DNA of 64,000 nucleotides from positions 40,862-104,861 of the forward strand of contig CALJVL010000019.1 in the NCBI GenBank assembly GCA_937773775.1. Reading direction: 5' to 3'. Under the pieces are notes generated by a model that was given only the letters and a program-made list of their open reading frames with translations, did not search any database and was not told the DNA's origin. Of the stretch, positions 11,408 to 21,834 are shown in pieces. How positions within the stretch are numbered: position 1 is the first letter of the stretch; each line of letters opens with the position of its first letter. Source of the DNA: an uncultured Flavobacterium sp. (GTDB lineage: Bacteria > Bacteroidota > Bacteroidia > Flavobacteriales > Flavobacteriaceae). The translations under genes were made by a program, and so were the position numbers.

Positions 11408-13852
11408 ATGGCGAAAACAATAAAAAAGGAACCTTTAGACAAGAAAACAAATTCTAAAACTAAAGCAGAGAAATCTTGGGAAATAACAAAACAGCATAAA
11501 ATTGTTTTGGGGAGTCTTCTTATCTTATTTTCCGTCGCTTTATTGGTTGCGTTTATCTCCTTTTACATTCACGGACAAGCTGATCAAAGCGCCGTTGCCG
11601 AATTGACCGATAGAACCGAAACCGTTCAAAACTGGTTAGGCAAGTTTGGGGCCTTTCTGGCGGAAATCATCGTTTACAAAGGCTTTGGAATAGCTTCTTT
11701 CCTTTTTGTGCGATTGTTCTTCTTGACGGGACTCTTTCTTATTCTGGGAGTTTCTTCAAAAAAACTAAAAGGCATCTGGTTCTGGGATTTATTCGCTTTA
11801 ATAATCATATCTGTTTTATTCGGATTTTTTTCTACCTCATTACCAGAGTTAGGTGGTACTGTAGGTTATGAACTGAATTTGCTATTGCAGGATTATATCG
11901 GAAAAACAGGAACTTTACTGGTACTGCTTTTTGGACTCATTGTCTATCTGATGTTTAAAATCAAACTATCTCCGGAAAGAATCCAATCTTTTTTCGAAAA
12001 TACCAAAAATGAAATCAAATCAGATCTGGATTCAAATAAAAGCGGAAAAAGCCAAGCTTCCTACAATTTAGAGGAATTTGCAATAACCGAAGAAAAAGAA
12101 CTCGAAGATATTATTTTAAAGCCAAAAACTTCCCAATTTGAAGTTGACAGGGAATTGTTGAAGCCTACCATTTCAAAATCATCAGAAATCAACCTGACTC
12201 CAAGCCCCAAACCAACTGATAATCAAGTTACATCTGATGTTAACAACTCTAATGCTGCAGATAATTTTGTGATTCAAACTGCGCCAGAAGAGGAGATTAT
12301 TGAAGAGAATTTAGCATCTAGACTCGTTGCTGATTTTGGGCTATTTGATCCTACTTTGGATTTATCCAATTACAAATACCCCACAATTGATTTACTGAAA
12401 GACTATTCTACCGGTGGTATTACGATCAACCAAGAAGAACTCGAAGAAAATAAAAATAGGATTGTTGATACCCTTCGGAACTATAAAATTGAAATTGCAC
12501 AAATTAAAGCGACTGTTGGACCATCCGTAACCTTATATGAAATTGTCCCTGAAGCGGGAATACGCATTTCTAAAATCAAGAATCTTGAGGATGATATAGC
12601 CCTTTCGCTTTCGGCATTAGGGATCCGTATCATCGCCCCTATTCCAGGAAAAGGAACAATCGGAATCGAGGTTCCCAATAAGAACCCTTCGATGGTTTCT
12701 ATGAAAAGTGTTATCGGGTCAGCCAAGTTTCAAGAAGCTGAAATGGAACTGCCGATCGCTTTGGGGAAAACAATTTCGAATGAAACCTTTGTTGTCGATC
12801 TAGCTAAAATGCCCCATTTGTTGATGGCTGGAGCTACCGGTCAGGGGAAATCTGTTGGTCTAAACGCGGTTTTAACTTCTTTACTTTACAAGAAACACCC
12901 TGCAGAGGTTAAATTTGTTCTGGTTGATCCTAAAAAGGTAGAACTGACACTTTTCAATAAAATTGAAAGACATTATTTAGCCAAACTTCCTGATTCAGAG
13001 GATGCGATTCTTACTGATAATGCCAAGGTGGTAAATACCTTAAATTCGTTATGCATTGAAATGGACAACCGTTACTCGTTGTTGAAAGATGCGATGGTGC
13101 GAAACATAAAAGAATACAACGACAAGTTTAAAGCTCGCAAACTGAATCCGGACAATGGACACCGATTCTTGCCTTACATAGTGTTGGTTGTTGATGAGTT
13201 TGCAGATTTGATTATGACCGCTGGTAAAGAAGTGGAAGTTCCCATAGCGCGCTTAGCCCAATTGGCACGTGCCATAGGAATACATTTGATAATTGCGACA
13301 CAAAGACCTTCAGTCAACGTGATTACAGGTTTAATCAAAGCCAACTTCCCTGCTAGAATAGCCTTTAGGGTAACCTCAAAAATTGATTCTCGAACTATTT
13401 TGGATACCGCAGGCGCCGACCAATTAATAGGACGCGGTGATATGCTATATACCAATGGTAATGATGTAGTGCGTGTACAATGTGCTTTTATAGATACTCC
13501 AGAAGTTGAAAAGATTACTGATTTTATCGGTTCTCAAAAAGCATATGAAACTGCGTACGTGCTTCCCGAGTTTGTGGGAGAAGAAAGTGGCACTACTCTT
13601 GATACAGATATATCCGAAAGAGATACTTTGTTTAGAGAAGCAGCTGAGGTAATTGTTAACGCACAACAAGGTTCAGCATCATTGTTACAAAGAAAACTAA
13701 AATTAGGTTACAACAGAGCTGGTCGACTAATTGACCAACTTGAAGCAGCCGGAATTGTAGGACCTTTTGAAGGAAGCAAAGCACGTGGCGTAAACATCCA
13801 AGACATGAGTTCTCTTGATCAATTTTTTAAAAATGAACAAAACAATTTATAA
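11408..13852 (+). CDS. ftsK: DNA translocase FtsK
   Basis: N-terminal TM helices, PHLLMAGATGQGKS Walker A, VVDEFADL, ATQRPS, gamma domain LQRKLKLGYNRAGRL. Confidence 0.95.
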   Translation: MAKTIKKEPLDKKTNSKTKAEKSWEITKQHKIVLGSLLILFSVALLVAFISFYIHGQADQSAVAELTDRTETVQNWLGKFGAFLAEIIVYKGFGIASFLFVRLFFLTGLFLILGVSSKKLKGIWFWDLFALIIISVLFGFFSTSLPELGGTVGYELNLLLQDYIGKTGTLLVLLFGLIVYLMFKIKLSPERIQSFFENTKNEIKSDLDSNKSGKSQASYNLEEFAITEEKELEDIILKPKTSQFEVDRELLKPTISKSSEINLTPSPKPTDNQVTSDVNNSNAADNFVIQTAPEEEIIEENLASRLVADFGLFDPTLDLSNYKYPTIDLLKDYSTGGITINQEELEENKNRIVDTLRNYKIEIAQIKATVGPSVTLYEIVPEAGIRISKIKNLEDDIALSLSALGIRIIAPIPGKGTIGIEVPNKNPSMVSMKSVIGSAKFQEAEMELPIALGKTISNETFVVDLAKMPHLLMAGATGQGKSVGLNAVLTSLLYKKHPAEVKFVLVDPKKVELTLFNKIERHYLAKLPDSEDAILTDNAKVVNTLNSLCIEMDNRYSLLKDAMVRNIKEYNDKFKARKLNPDNGHRFLPYIVLVVDEFADLIMTAGKEVEVPIARLAQLARAIGIHLIIATQRPSVNVITGLIKANFPARIAFRVTSKIDSRTILDTAGADQLIGRGDMLYTNGNDVVRVQCAFIDTPEVEKITDFIGSQKAYETAYVLPEFVGEESGTTLDTDISERDTLFREAAEVIVNAQQGSASLLQRKLKLGYNRAGRLIDQLEAAGIVGPFEGSKARGVNIQDMSSLDQFFKNEQNNL

Positions 13853-13853
13853 T

Positions 13854-14495
13854 ATGAAAAAATTAATTCTAATTAGCTTTATTCTTCTTTTTAACTTTTC
13901 GACACAAGCACAAGATAAAAAGGCAAAAGCACTTTTAGATCAGGTAACTTCAAAAGTACGAAGCTATAACAATATAGTAATCGATTTTAAATACTCTTTG
14001 AACAACGCAAAGGAAAACATCAACCAAGACAGTAAAGGAAATGTTACTATGAAGGATGACCAATATGTCTTAAATTTTATGGGAATCACAAAAATTTTTG
14101 ATGGCAAGAAAACCTATACCATCGTGCCAGAAGATGAAGAAATATCAATATCACGCCTAAACGAAAAAGACGACAACGCAATTACCCCATCAAAAATGTT
14201 AACGTTTTTCAATAGCGGATACAAATATTCAATGGATATTCTGCAAGACGTAAGAGGAAGAAAAATACAATATATTAAATTGATTCCAACCAATGCCAAA
14301 GATCAAAGAAAAGAAATTCTCTTAGGTATTGATGTGCAAACCAAGCACATCTACAACTTAATAGAAATGGGAAAAAAAGGAACAAAAACCACTTTAACCG
14401 TTAATTCTTTTAAAACCAATCAGCCTTTGTCAAAAAATCAATTTACCTTTGCCGAGAGTAAATATCCAAATTACTACATCAATAAATTAGATTAA
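13854..14495 (+). CDS. lolA: Outer-membrane lipoprotein carrier LolA family
   Basis: Signal peptide, FDGKKTYTIVPE, directly after ftsK; start could also be 13833. Confidence 0.8.
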   Translation: MKKLILISFILLFNFSTQAQDKKAKALLDQVTSKVRSYNNIVIDFKYSLNNAKENINQDSKGNVTMKDDQYVLNFMGITKIFDGKKTYTIVPEDEEISISRLNEKDDNAITPSKMLTFFNSGYKYSMDILQDVRGRKIQYIKLIPTNAKDQRKEILLGIDVQTKHIYNLIEMGKKGTKTTLTVNSFKTNQPLSKNQFTFAESKYPNYYINKLD

Positions 14496-14503
14496 ATTAT
14501 TAG

Positions 14504-15946
14504 GTGAAAATTCTCGACAAATACTTATTAAAAACATTCCTGATCACATTTACTACTGTATTTGTAATCTTATTTTTTATATTCATACTTCAGACTGTCT
14601 GGCTATTTATAGCCGAACTAGCCGGTAAAGACCTGGATATGTCATTAATAATCAAGTTTTTACTGTTTTCGATGCCTCGAATAATCCCCTTGGTATTACC
14701 ACTATCCATTTTGTTAGCATCAATAATGACTTTCGGGAATCTAGCTGAAAACTATGAGTTTGCTGCCATGAAATCTTCTGGTATCTCTTTACAAAGAGCG
14801 ATGAGGGGTCTCACTGTATTTATATTGTTGCTAAGCATAGTGGCTTTCTTTTTTGCCAATAATGTAATCCCCTTTGCGGAATATAAGTTTATAAATTTTA
14901 GAAAAAATATTGCACAGGTCAAACCAGCCATGGCCATAACAGAAGGCCAGTTTAGCGATGTGGGACTTTACAACATAAAAGTGAATAAAAAATCGGGCGC
15001 TAACGGCAATATATTAACCGGTATTACCATTCATAAAAAATCTAACATAGGTGACGGAAGTAAGACCGTAATCAAAGCTAAAGATGGAGAACTGATCAGC
15101 AGTGAAGAATCAAGCATACTGCAATTAGTGCTAAATGATGGTAATTATTATGAAGACCTCGTTCCCAAGAAATATGAAGACCGCAATAAATTGCCCTTTG
15201 CAAAAAGCGCCTTCAAAAAATACACAATCAATATTGACTTATCTCAACTAAACAAGGTAGATATTGACGATCAGAATATTGATAACACCAATACTATGTT
15301 GACCGTAAATGAATTGAAATATACTCTCGATTCATTAGATAAAAATTTCAAAACAGAAATCATTTCATTTTCTGAAAACATAAATCTAAGGACCGGAATA
15401 CCACAAAATAATGTTTATACCGACAAACAACTTAAAAAAGCTCATAAAAAACTTCCTTCAAACATATTGTCATTATACACTACTGAACAAAAATCAGAAA
15501 TCTTAAAAATAGCAAGCAGTAATGTTACCAGCACAGGCTATTCTATTGACGCAACAAAAGTCAATCTAGACAACAAACAGAAAAATATCAACAATCATTT
15601 ACTGGCATTCTACGATAAGTTCGTAATCGCATTCGCTTGTTTTATGATGTTTTTTATAGGAGCCCCTCTAGGCGCCATTATCAGGAAAGGCGGACTTGGA
15701 CTACCCATTATTTTTGCTGTTCTAATATTCATTTCGTATCATTTCATAAACACTTTTGGAAAAAAAATAGCTCAAGAAAACGGTATATCCCCTTTTATGG
15801 GTTCATGGATGTCTTCTTTTATTTTGTCTCCATTAGCCATTCTGTTGACTTACAGAGCAACAAATGACATCGGATTAATAAATATGGAGGTTGTTTTAGC
15901 TCCAATTCAAAAAATATTCAAAAAATTATTTCCATCCAAAAAATAA
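14504..15946 (+). CDS. LptF/LptG family LPS export permease
   Basis: [38 protein letters not shown] motifs. Confidence 0.9.
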   Translation: MKILDKYLLKTFLITFTTVFVILFFIFILQTVWLFIAELAGKDLDMSLIIKFLLFSMPRIIPLVLPLSILLASIMTFGNLAENYEFAAMKSSGISLQRAMRGLTVFILLLSIVAFFFANNVIPFAEYKFINFRKNIAQVKPAMAITEGQFSDVGLYNIKVNKKSGANGNILTGITIHKKSNIGDGSKTVIKAKDGELISSEESSILQLVLNDGNYYEDLVPKKYEDRNKLPFAKSAFKKYTINIDLSQLNKVDIDDQNIDNTNTMLTVNELKYTLDSLDKNFKTEIISFSENINLRTGIPQNNVYTDKQLKKAHKKLPSNILSLYTTEQKSEILKIASSNVTSTGYSIDATKVNLDNKQKNINNHLLAFYDKFVIAFACFMMFFIGAPLGAIIRKGGLGLPIIFAVLIFISYHFINTFGKKIAQENGISPFMGSWMSSFILSPLAILLTYRATNDIGLINMEVVLAPIQKIFKKLFPSKK

Positions 15947-15955
15947 AAAATTAGC

Positions 15956-17089
15956 ATGGTCACAAATAAAATACAACTTAACACGATTGAAGAAGCAATA
16001 GAAGACATTCGACAAGGGAAAATTATCATTGTTGTCGATGACGAGGATCGTGAAAACGAAGGAGATTTTTTGGCGGCAGCCGAGAAAGTAACACCCGAAA
16101 TGATCAACTTTATGGCAACTCACGGACGCGGATTAATTTGTGCACCATTGACGGAAAGCCGTTGTAAAGAATTAGGGCTACACGTAATGGTAACGAACAA
16201 TACCGACCCAATGGAAACTGCTTTTACAGTTTCCGTCGATCTAAGAGGTAATGGGGTAACCACCGGCATTTCTGCCTCTGACAGGGCCAAAACGGTATTG
16301 TCATTAGCACATACGGATACCAAACCACATGATTTAGCAAGACCTGGACATATATTCCCGTTAATTGCAAAACAAGGTGGTGTCCTCAGAAGAACCGGCC
16401 ATACCGAAGCAGCCATCGACTTTGCTCGTTTGGCAGGTTTCAAATCGGCAGGTGTTATCGTAGAAATAATGAATGAAGACGGTACCATGGCCCGTTTGCC
16501 TCAGTTGGCAAAAGTAGCTAAGAAATTCAATTTGAAATTGGTTTCTATAGAAGCTCTTGTAGCCTACAGAATGCAACATGACAGTCTGATTGTCAAGAAA
16601 GAAGATTACGACATAGAAACTCGTTTTGGGACTTTCCGCCTTAGAGCTTACGAACAAACTACCAACAAACAGATTCATATTGCTTTAACGAAAGGTACTT
16701 GGAATTTAGGCGATTCCGTTTTAACGAGAATCCATTCTTCACAAGTAAATAATGATTTATTAGGTACTTTGACCAATAATGCAGATAAACAATTGGACGA
16801 TATGTTTAAGGTCATTACCGCGCAAGGAAAAGGCGCGATAATCTTTATTAACCAAGACATGTTATCTGTAAATTTATTGAATCGTCTGGCTGAACTAAAA
16901 ATATTACAAGCAACAGGAGAAATAAAAGCACCAAAAATTAAGATTGATAGCAAGGACTTTGGAATTGGCGCTCAAATTCTTCATGATATAGATATTTCTA
17001 AGATTCGATTAGTATCTAATACTGAACAAGGAAAACGTGTCGGAATGATAGGATACGGCCTAGAAATCACAGAATACGTAACGTACTAA
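15956..17089 (+). CDS. ribB: 3,4-dihydroxy-2-butanone-4-phosphate synthase with degenerate GTP cyclohydrolase II domain (RibBX-type)
   Basis: [11 protein letters not shown] and RRTGHTEA motifs; C-terminal domain lacks the Zn-binding cysteines. Confidence 0.9.
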   Translation: MVTNKIQLNTIEEAIEDIRQGKIIIVVDDEDRENEGDFLAAAEKVTPEMINFMATHGRGLICAPLTESRCKELGLHVMVTNNTDPMETAFTVSVDLRGNGVTTGISASDRAKTVLSLAHTDTKPHDLARPGHIFPLIAKQGGVLRRTGHTEAAIDFARLAGFKSAGVIVEIMNEDGTMARLPQLAKVAKKFNLKLVSIEALVAYRMQHDSLIVKKEDYDIETRFGTFRLRAYEQTTNKQIHIALTKGTWNLGDSVLTRIHSSQVNNDLLGTLTNNADKQLDDMFKVITAQGKGAIIFINQDMLSVNLLNRLAELKILQATGEIKAPKIKIDSKDFGIGAQILHDIDISKIRLVSNTEQGKRVGMIGYGLEITEYVTY

Positions 17090-17193
17090 TTACATTTATA
17101 TTTGTTTGTAAAAAATAAATCACTCATAAAGCGAAGAAAATGAAACAATTAAAAAGGGGACTGAAAAATAGCCAAACTTTTTATCTAAATTGT

Positions 17194-17224
17194 TTTTGTA
17201 AACCGAAAAAGGTGCTTATATTTG
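17194..17224 (+). promoter_or_regulatory. Bacteroidota sigma-70 promoter for tRNA-Ser
   Basis: TTTG at ~17195 and TATATTTG at 17217-17224 match the TTTG / TAnnTTTG consensus. Confidence 0.6.
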
Positions 17225-17254
17225 CACTCGCAATCAGCAAATGATTGTGCGACT

Positions 17255-17342
17255 GGAGAAATGGCAGAGCGGTCGAATGCGGCAGTCTTGAAAACTGTTG
17301 ACTGTTACAGGTCCGGGGGTTCGAATCCCTCTTTCTCCGCCA
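17255..17342 (+). tRNA. tRNA-Ser (TGA), ICE integration site
   Basis: GGAGAAA acceptor stem pairs with TTTCTCC; anticodon loop CTTGAAA; long variable arm; GGTTCGAATCC T-loop; encoded CCA. Confidence 0.96.
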
Positions 17343-17372
17343 CATAAGGTTTCAAAAGAAACTTTACAAGTC

Positions 17373-17406
17373 AAAAGCCTTTAAATACTAGTATTTAAAG
17401 GCTTTT
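17373..17406. terminator. Perfect 34-bp palindrome after the tRNA (terminator / att-associated)
   Basis: AAAAGCCTTTAAATACT|AGTATTTAAAGGCTTTT followed by T-rich sequence. Confidence 0.7.
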
Positions 17407-17452
17407 TCGTTTTTTGTAATGTGTCAAAAAACACCTATAGAATCAAAGAACA

Positions 17453-17540
17453 GTGACCCTATTGGTGACCCTATTTTATTTTCAGCTATTTTCGAGAAAA
17501 TAGGGTCACTAAATCGGAAGAATTCCCCGGGAATTCCCCG
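17453..17540. repeat. Putative integrase arm-type binding sites of the att region
   Basis: GTGACCCTATT at 17453 and 17465, inverted copy AATAGGGTCAC at 17499; GAATTCCCCG tandem at 17520 and 17531. Confidence 0.65.
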
Positions 17541-17603
17541 CTATCACTAGCCACTCTCAAAGTTTTTAAATCAATTTGATTATTAATTTAAAAACAAGAA
17601 GTT

Positions 17604-18824
17604 ATGTTGAAAGTAATTTTTTATCTCAAAGCTGGAAAAGCTAACAAGAAGGGCGAATCTCCAATTTTTGCCCGCATCTCTTACAACCAACAGTCAATCA
17701 CAATGACTACTGGCAAATCAATTCTAAAAGAAAGGTGGAAGTTTACCAAAAACCTTCGAACGGTGCTTAGACTTGAAAAGGAAAAGGTGTTAAAACACAG
17801 TCTGGATCTTTTCCAATTGAATATCGAAAAGAAATTTAATGAGCTAACCAAGGTGACTTCTGATATTTCACTGGTACAGCTTAAAAATGAGTTTAACGGT
17901 AAAACCACTAGTCAAGTAAAAGGTTCAAGCATCGTAGAAATAATAGATAAGCACAATGCTTACTTTGAAAAAAAAGTAAACGCTGGAGAGCGCTCTAAAG
18001 CTTCCTTCAAAAAGTATGGACGTTCTAGGCAATTACTCGTCAACTTTATGAAACAGCAATACGGCGTCGAAGACCTTTCTTCAAATGAGATTTCCAGCGC
18101 TTTTGTTTATAATCTCGAATCATATCTAAAGTACGAAAGTAATTTTAAAGGAAAAGTAGGCATCAAAAATAACTCGATGGTAAAGTATATGAGAATGTAT
18201 AAAACTGCCTGTAATTACTGTATAAGAATGGGATTGATAGAGAAGAATCCATTTAATCTTTACGATGGAAAATTGAGTATCAAAGATGCTGTATTTTTAA
18301 CACAAAACGAATTAGATGGAATAGAGAATAAGAAATTTTCAGTGGAACGCTTGGAGCGTGTTAAGGATGTTTTCCTTTTTAGTTGCTACACTGGTTACGC
18401 CCCCATTGATGCCTCTAACCTTACGGAAAGTAATATATTTCAAGATAGTAGTGATGCACTTTGGATTATGACAAATAGGGCTAAAACAGCAATAAGAGCT
18501 AACGTCCCTATCCTTCCCCCTACCCTGAAGATTATTAATAAGTACAAACAGCTTCAAATTGGATTGATACCTAAGATATCCAATCAAAAAATGAATGCTT
18601 ATCTTAAAGAAATTGCTGATTTGTGTGGTATAACTAAAAATTTGACGTGGTATGTGGCCAGACATACGTTCGCAACTACGGTAACCTTAGGTAACGGTGT
18701 CAGGATAGAAAATGTTTCTTCAATGATGGGTCATACTAATATTAAACAGACACAGCATTATGCAAAAGTATTAGATGTAAACGTAATGGAAGACATGACC
18801 AAATTAAAGGTAAAATATATGTAA
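17604..18824 (+). CDS. ICE tyrosine recombinase/integrase (arm-binding + SAM-like + catalytic domains)
   Basis: FLFSCYTG, WYVARHTFAT, MMGHTNIKQTQHYAK; 406 aa; adjacent to tRNA. Confidence 0.92.
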   Translation: MLKVIFYLKAGKANKKGESPIFARISYNQQSITMTTGKSILKERWKFTKNLRTVLRLEKEKVLKHSLDLFQLNIEKKFNELTKVTSDISLVQLKNEFNGKTTSQVKGSSIVEIIDKHNAYFEKKVNAGERSKASFKKYGRSRQLLVNFMKQQYGVEDLSSNEISSAFVYNLESYLKYESNFKGKVGIKNNSMVKYMRMYKTACNYCIRMGLIEKNPFNLYDGKLSIKDAVFLTQNELDGIENKKFSVERLERVKDVFLFSCYTGYAPIDASNLTESNIFQDSSDALWIMTNRAKTAIRANVPILPPTLKIINKYKQLQIGLIPKISNQKMNAYLKEIADLCGITKNLTWYVARHTFATTVTLGNGVRIENVSSMMGHTNIKQTQHYAKVLDVNVMEDMTKLKVKYM

Positions 18825-18875
18825 CTTCACTTTACTAAAGAAAATGTTCCATTTAAAATAACATATATGTTCAAT

Positions 18876-18909
18876 AAAAAAATGGATTCCTGTGGGAATC
18901 CATTTTTTT
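18876..18909. terminator. Bidirectional intrinsic terminator
   Basis: A-run ATGGATTCC-TGTG-GGAATCCAT T-run between convergent genes. Confidence 0.75.
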
Positions 18910-19015
18910 ATACATCAATTATAGAAATTCATCAAAAATTATTTTTCTTTATTTTTAACATCTAATAATTAACTAATTATTCTACCTAACTCTTTTTATT
19001 TTTGATATTATTAAT

Positions 19016-19306
19016 TCATTCTCCATTTTTATTGAGTAATTTTTCTATTTTACTTGCCTCATACAAAAATATATCACCGAGCTTTGTATATGGAAGCACA
19101 CCTGTTTGGCGGTATTTGATAATTGTGTTATTAGATAACCCGAATATTTTCTTTAAATCTTCATTCCTATAGTATCGTAACCTTGGCTTTACATCTTGAC
19201 CATTAATCTTAGAATCAATTTTTTCCAGTCGGGCTTGCAACGGCTCAAGCATATTTTTAATTGCTGACAAATATGCGAATATATTCGCTTTTCCTTCTTT
19301 AGACAT
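19016..19306 (-). CDS. Excisionase-like HTH (HTH_17) protein
   Basis: YYRNEDLKKIFGLSNNTIIKYRQTGVLPYTKLG; next to the integrase. Confidence 0.8.
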   Translation of the reverse strand: MSKEGKANIFAYLSAIKNMLEPLQARLEKIDSKINGQDVKPRLRYYRNEDLKKIFGLSNNTIIKYRQTGVLPYTKLGDIFLYEASKIEKLLNKNGE

Positions 19307-19381
19307 GATCTATGAGTTTTTTATTAGTTAAAACAGAGAATGAAGATTAATGGGTTTTTCAAACATCTTTAGAGTAAATTA

Positions 19382-19819
19382 TTATTTAAATGCAATCTTT
19401 TCTCTTCGTTTTTGGAGTACTTCAATAATTTGATCTAGAAATTTCAATTGTTTATCCCCATATGTAAACCCCTTAGCTTCTGAAAATTGTTTACTTATTG
19501 TACCGATACTAACTTGATTGCCTAAATCTCCAAAATAGGTAAAATTTTCTTCAATAAATTCCTGCATTTTACTTCTATTCTGCTTTGAGTTTTTATCGTC
19601 AAAAAACAAAACATTCTCATCCATTAGGATGTAGAAGAGTTGTGCTAGTTCATTTTTATTATAATGAGAAGCACATTTATACTTTGTTACTTTCATTATA
19701 ACAGCCTCTCTATTTGTACTATTGGATAGCCTTAATCCTAGTAATGACTCGAATTGTTCTATCTTGGTGAATAGCACTCGTACCGAAACCGAAAGCTCGT
19801 TAACTGTTACTTTTTTCAT
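19382..19819 (-). CDS. Hypothetical ICE protein
   Basis: Open frame in the tra-strand operon; likely start MKKVTVNEL at 19819. Confidence 0.6.
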   Translation of the reverse strand: MKKVTVNELSVSVRVLFTKIEQFESLLGLRLSNSTNREAVIMKVTKYKCASHYNKNELAQLFYILMDENVLFFDDKNSKQNRSKMQEFIEENFTYFGDLGNQVSIGTISKQFSEAKGFTYGDKQLKFLDQIIEVLQKRREKIAFK

Positions 19820-19844
19820 CTTGCTTTTATATTGAAATTCTGGG

Positions 19845-20144
19845 CTATAAACTAGGTACCGAACAGGAAAAATAAATCTTGCTTGCCTGATTTCTTTTAA
19901 AAGAGGGTTCGTACTTAATATAGCCATAATCGTTTAGCTCTCTTACACATTTATGATAAGTGCTTGATGCGGATATTTTTGCTATTCGCATAATTTCATA
20001 ACTAAAAACCTGTATAGGACTAGTAAAACCCCTATCCTCACTATATTTCAATAAAGCGGCATACACACCGATATGCGTAATACTGATACGGTAATCCTTT
20101 TCAATAGCTGAAAAGAAATCTGATAAGGGTTTTAGACTTTCCAT
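19845..20144 (-). CDS. Small winged-helix-like ICE protein
   Basis: EIMRIAKISASSTYHKCVRELNDYGYIKYEPSF resembles a wHTH. Confidence 0.65.
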   Translation of the reverse strand: MESLKPLSDFFSAIEKDYRISITHIGVYAALLKYSEDRGFTSPIQVFSYEIMRIAKISASSTYHKCVRELNDYGYIKYEPSFKRNQASKIYFSCSVPSL

Positions 20145-20150
20145 TATTTA

Positions 20151-20951
20151 TCACATTGAATTAGACTGCTTTTTTATTTTTTTTTTTGCCTTAGGTACGT
20201 CAGGCTCTTCACTATCGGTATTTGTCTCTCGTTTTTTACTGCCCTGTTTAACGGAAACCTTGTCGCCTTTTCTCTGTTTTTCTCCTTTAGACTCTCGATT
20301 ATCAATACGCTTCCTATTTGTATCGTACACATTGATTGTCTTGAACTGGGGATTGACTTCAACAAATTGCTTAACCTCGCTGCCATCCTTCAAAAATGTA
20401 GCAGATTGAAGATTTCCTTTTTTCAGAGAATCCATTAAATCCTCTTTGTATTTTGGAGTTTCTAATTCTTTTATAGGTAACTTACCTAGGGTAGCTTCAA
20501 GATCATACCCATAATTCTGATGATACTGGTTTAGCTTGAAGTTACCATTACTATCTGTTTGCTTAAAATCCATCTGCACCCAAGAATTATAAACCTGACC
20601 TTCTTTGTTGGTTAGTTCTTTATTGACTGCTCTTCCTTCCATTAGATTATACGCTTCTTTCATGGTAATATTACTCCCTTTATTAATATAGAAAGTCTGC
20701 TCCAGTGATTCTTTAGAATTGTCTTTCTGTACATCCATCTTGTAAGAATTAAAAAAAAACATCTCAGTCTGATCTGATTTTTTAAAACTTAATGTCGCTT
20801 TGGCACGATCTGTACCGTACAGCACTTCATGGTTTAATGTAAAATTAGAGGTTTGTTGTTGCATTTTCTCCTTCAATTCATTATCCAAACCTTCTCCAAA
20901 ACCAGTGTACTTAACCTGGTTACGCAAGTATTCAAAATTTTTTTCGTTCAT
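20151..20951 (-). CDS. Conserved conjugative-element protein (hypothetical)
   Basis: MNEKNFEYLRNQVKYTGFGE, EAYNLMEGRAV; follows traN. Confidence 0.7.
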   Translation of the reverse strand: MNEKNFEYLRNQVKYTGFGEGLDNELKEKMQQQTSNFTLNHEVLYGTDRAKATLSFKKSDQTEMFFFNSYKMDVQKDNSKESLEQTFYINKGSNITMKEAYNLMEGRAVNKELTNKEGQVYNSWVQMDFKQTDSNGNFKLNQYHQNYGYDLEATLGKLPIKELETPKYKEDLMDSLKKGNLQSATFLKDGSEVKQFVEVNPQFKTINVYDTNRKRIDNRESKGEKQRKGDKVSVKQGSKKRETNTDSEEPDVPKAKKKIKKQSNSM

Positions 20952-20977
20952 GATTCTTATATTTAAATGATTAATAG

Positions 20978-21823
20978 TTATAGTTTAGGTAGAACCGTAA
21001 GCCGCAAAAGCTTTGTGTTTTTAAGCTGTAGTTCAATGTGCCTGCCTCCATTTTTTTCCATTAGTTGGATTACTAAGTGTTTTTTATCTGGAATCGTAAA
21101 CTTAGGCAGAGCAAAAACAGTTGTTCCCTCAGATTCGCCATTAATTGTACTTAACTTATTGTGAATAAGTATTGGTACGATTTCTATTTCTTGCGATGCG
21201 GTTCGTTTTATCTTTCTGCTGTCGCGAATAAAAAATCGAAGCTGGTCTATATCATAATTGATTCTAGAACTGTTCACCACTCTTGTCCTGTAATAAAGGA
21301 CATCATCTCGTATATAGATTCCGTTTAATTGGAATTTAATCTCATACTTTTTTTTCATAGCACCAGCTATCTTATTCTTATGATAAAAAGCTAATTTGGA
21401 ATATTTAAGTAATTCCTCCTCGTTCCCGCTTTGCTCTGAAAAGTAAATTTCTGGACTTTTTGACTTTGCTTTGTCCACACTGAGATTTAATTGTGGTGAC
21501 TCCTCATCATAGTTTACCACAAACGAATACAGCTTTGCATCTGCTGTGATCACCGTAAGATTGGTCTGGATAAACCCCTGTTGTGCCGCTTTAATATGCA
21601 ATATATTTTCCATCCCTTTCGCCTTCTGGGTTAATACATCTTGACTTCCCTTGTCTACACTTTTAATGGCAAAAGGAAAAACTATAGTTGTTGTTTTTGA
21701 ATACCCAATATAGAGGGAATCTGACTCCATTTCTGTAAAATGATTGCTTTCCGTTTGCTGTGCAAAGGCTCCATTGGAAACAATCCATAAAAAACCCATA
21801 AGTAATACATTAATTTTTTTCAT
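20978..21823 (-). CDS. traN: Conjugative transposon protein TraN
   Basis: KTTTIVFP, SVDKGS, KRTASQE, FTIPDKK, EKNGGR motifs. Confidence 0.9.
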   Translation of the reverse strand: MKKINVLLMGFLWIVSNGAFAQQTESNHFTEMESDSLYIGYSKTTTIVFPFAIKSVDKGSQDVLTQKAKGMENILHIKAAQQGFIQTNLTVITADAKLYSFVVNYDEESPQLNLSVDKAKSKSPEIYFSEQSGNEEELLKYSKLAFYHKNKIAGAMKKKYEIKFQLNGIYIRDDVLYYRTRVVNSSRINYDIDQLRFFIRDSRKIKRTASQEIEIVPILIHNKLSTINGESEGTTVFALPKFTIPDKKHLVIQLMEKNGGRHIELQLKNTKLLRLTVLPKL

Positions 21824-21834
21824 GTTTTTAGTTT

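Noticed and set aside
17604..18824. ICE integrase as the integron integrase for the cassette array
   Set aside because: It has the size and arm-binding architecture of a tRNA-targeting ICE integrase, lies 20-33 kb from the array and has its own att repeats
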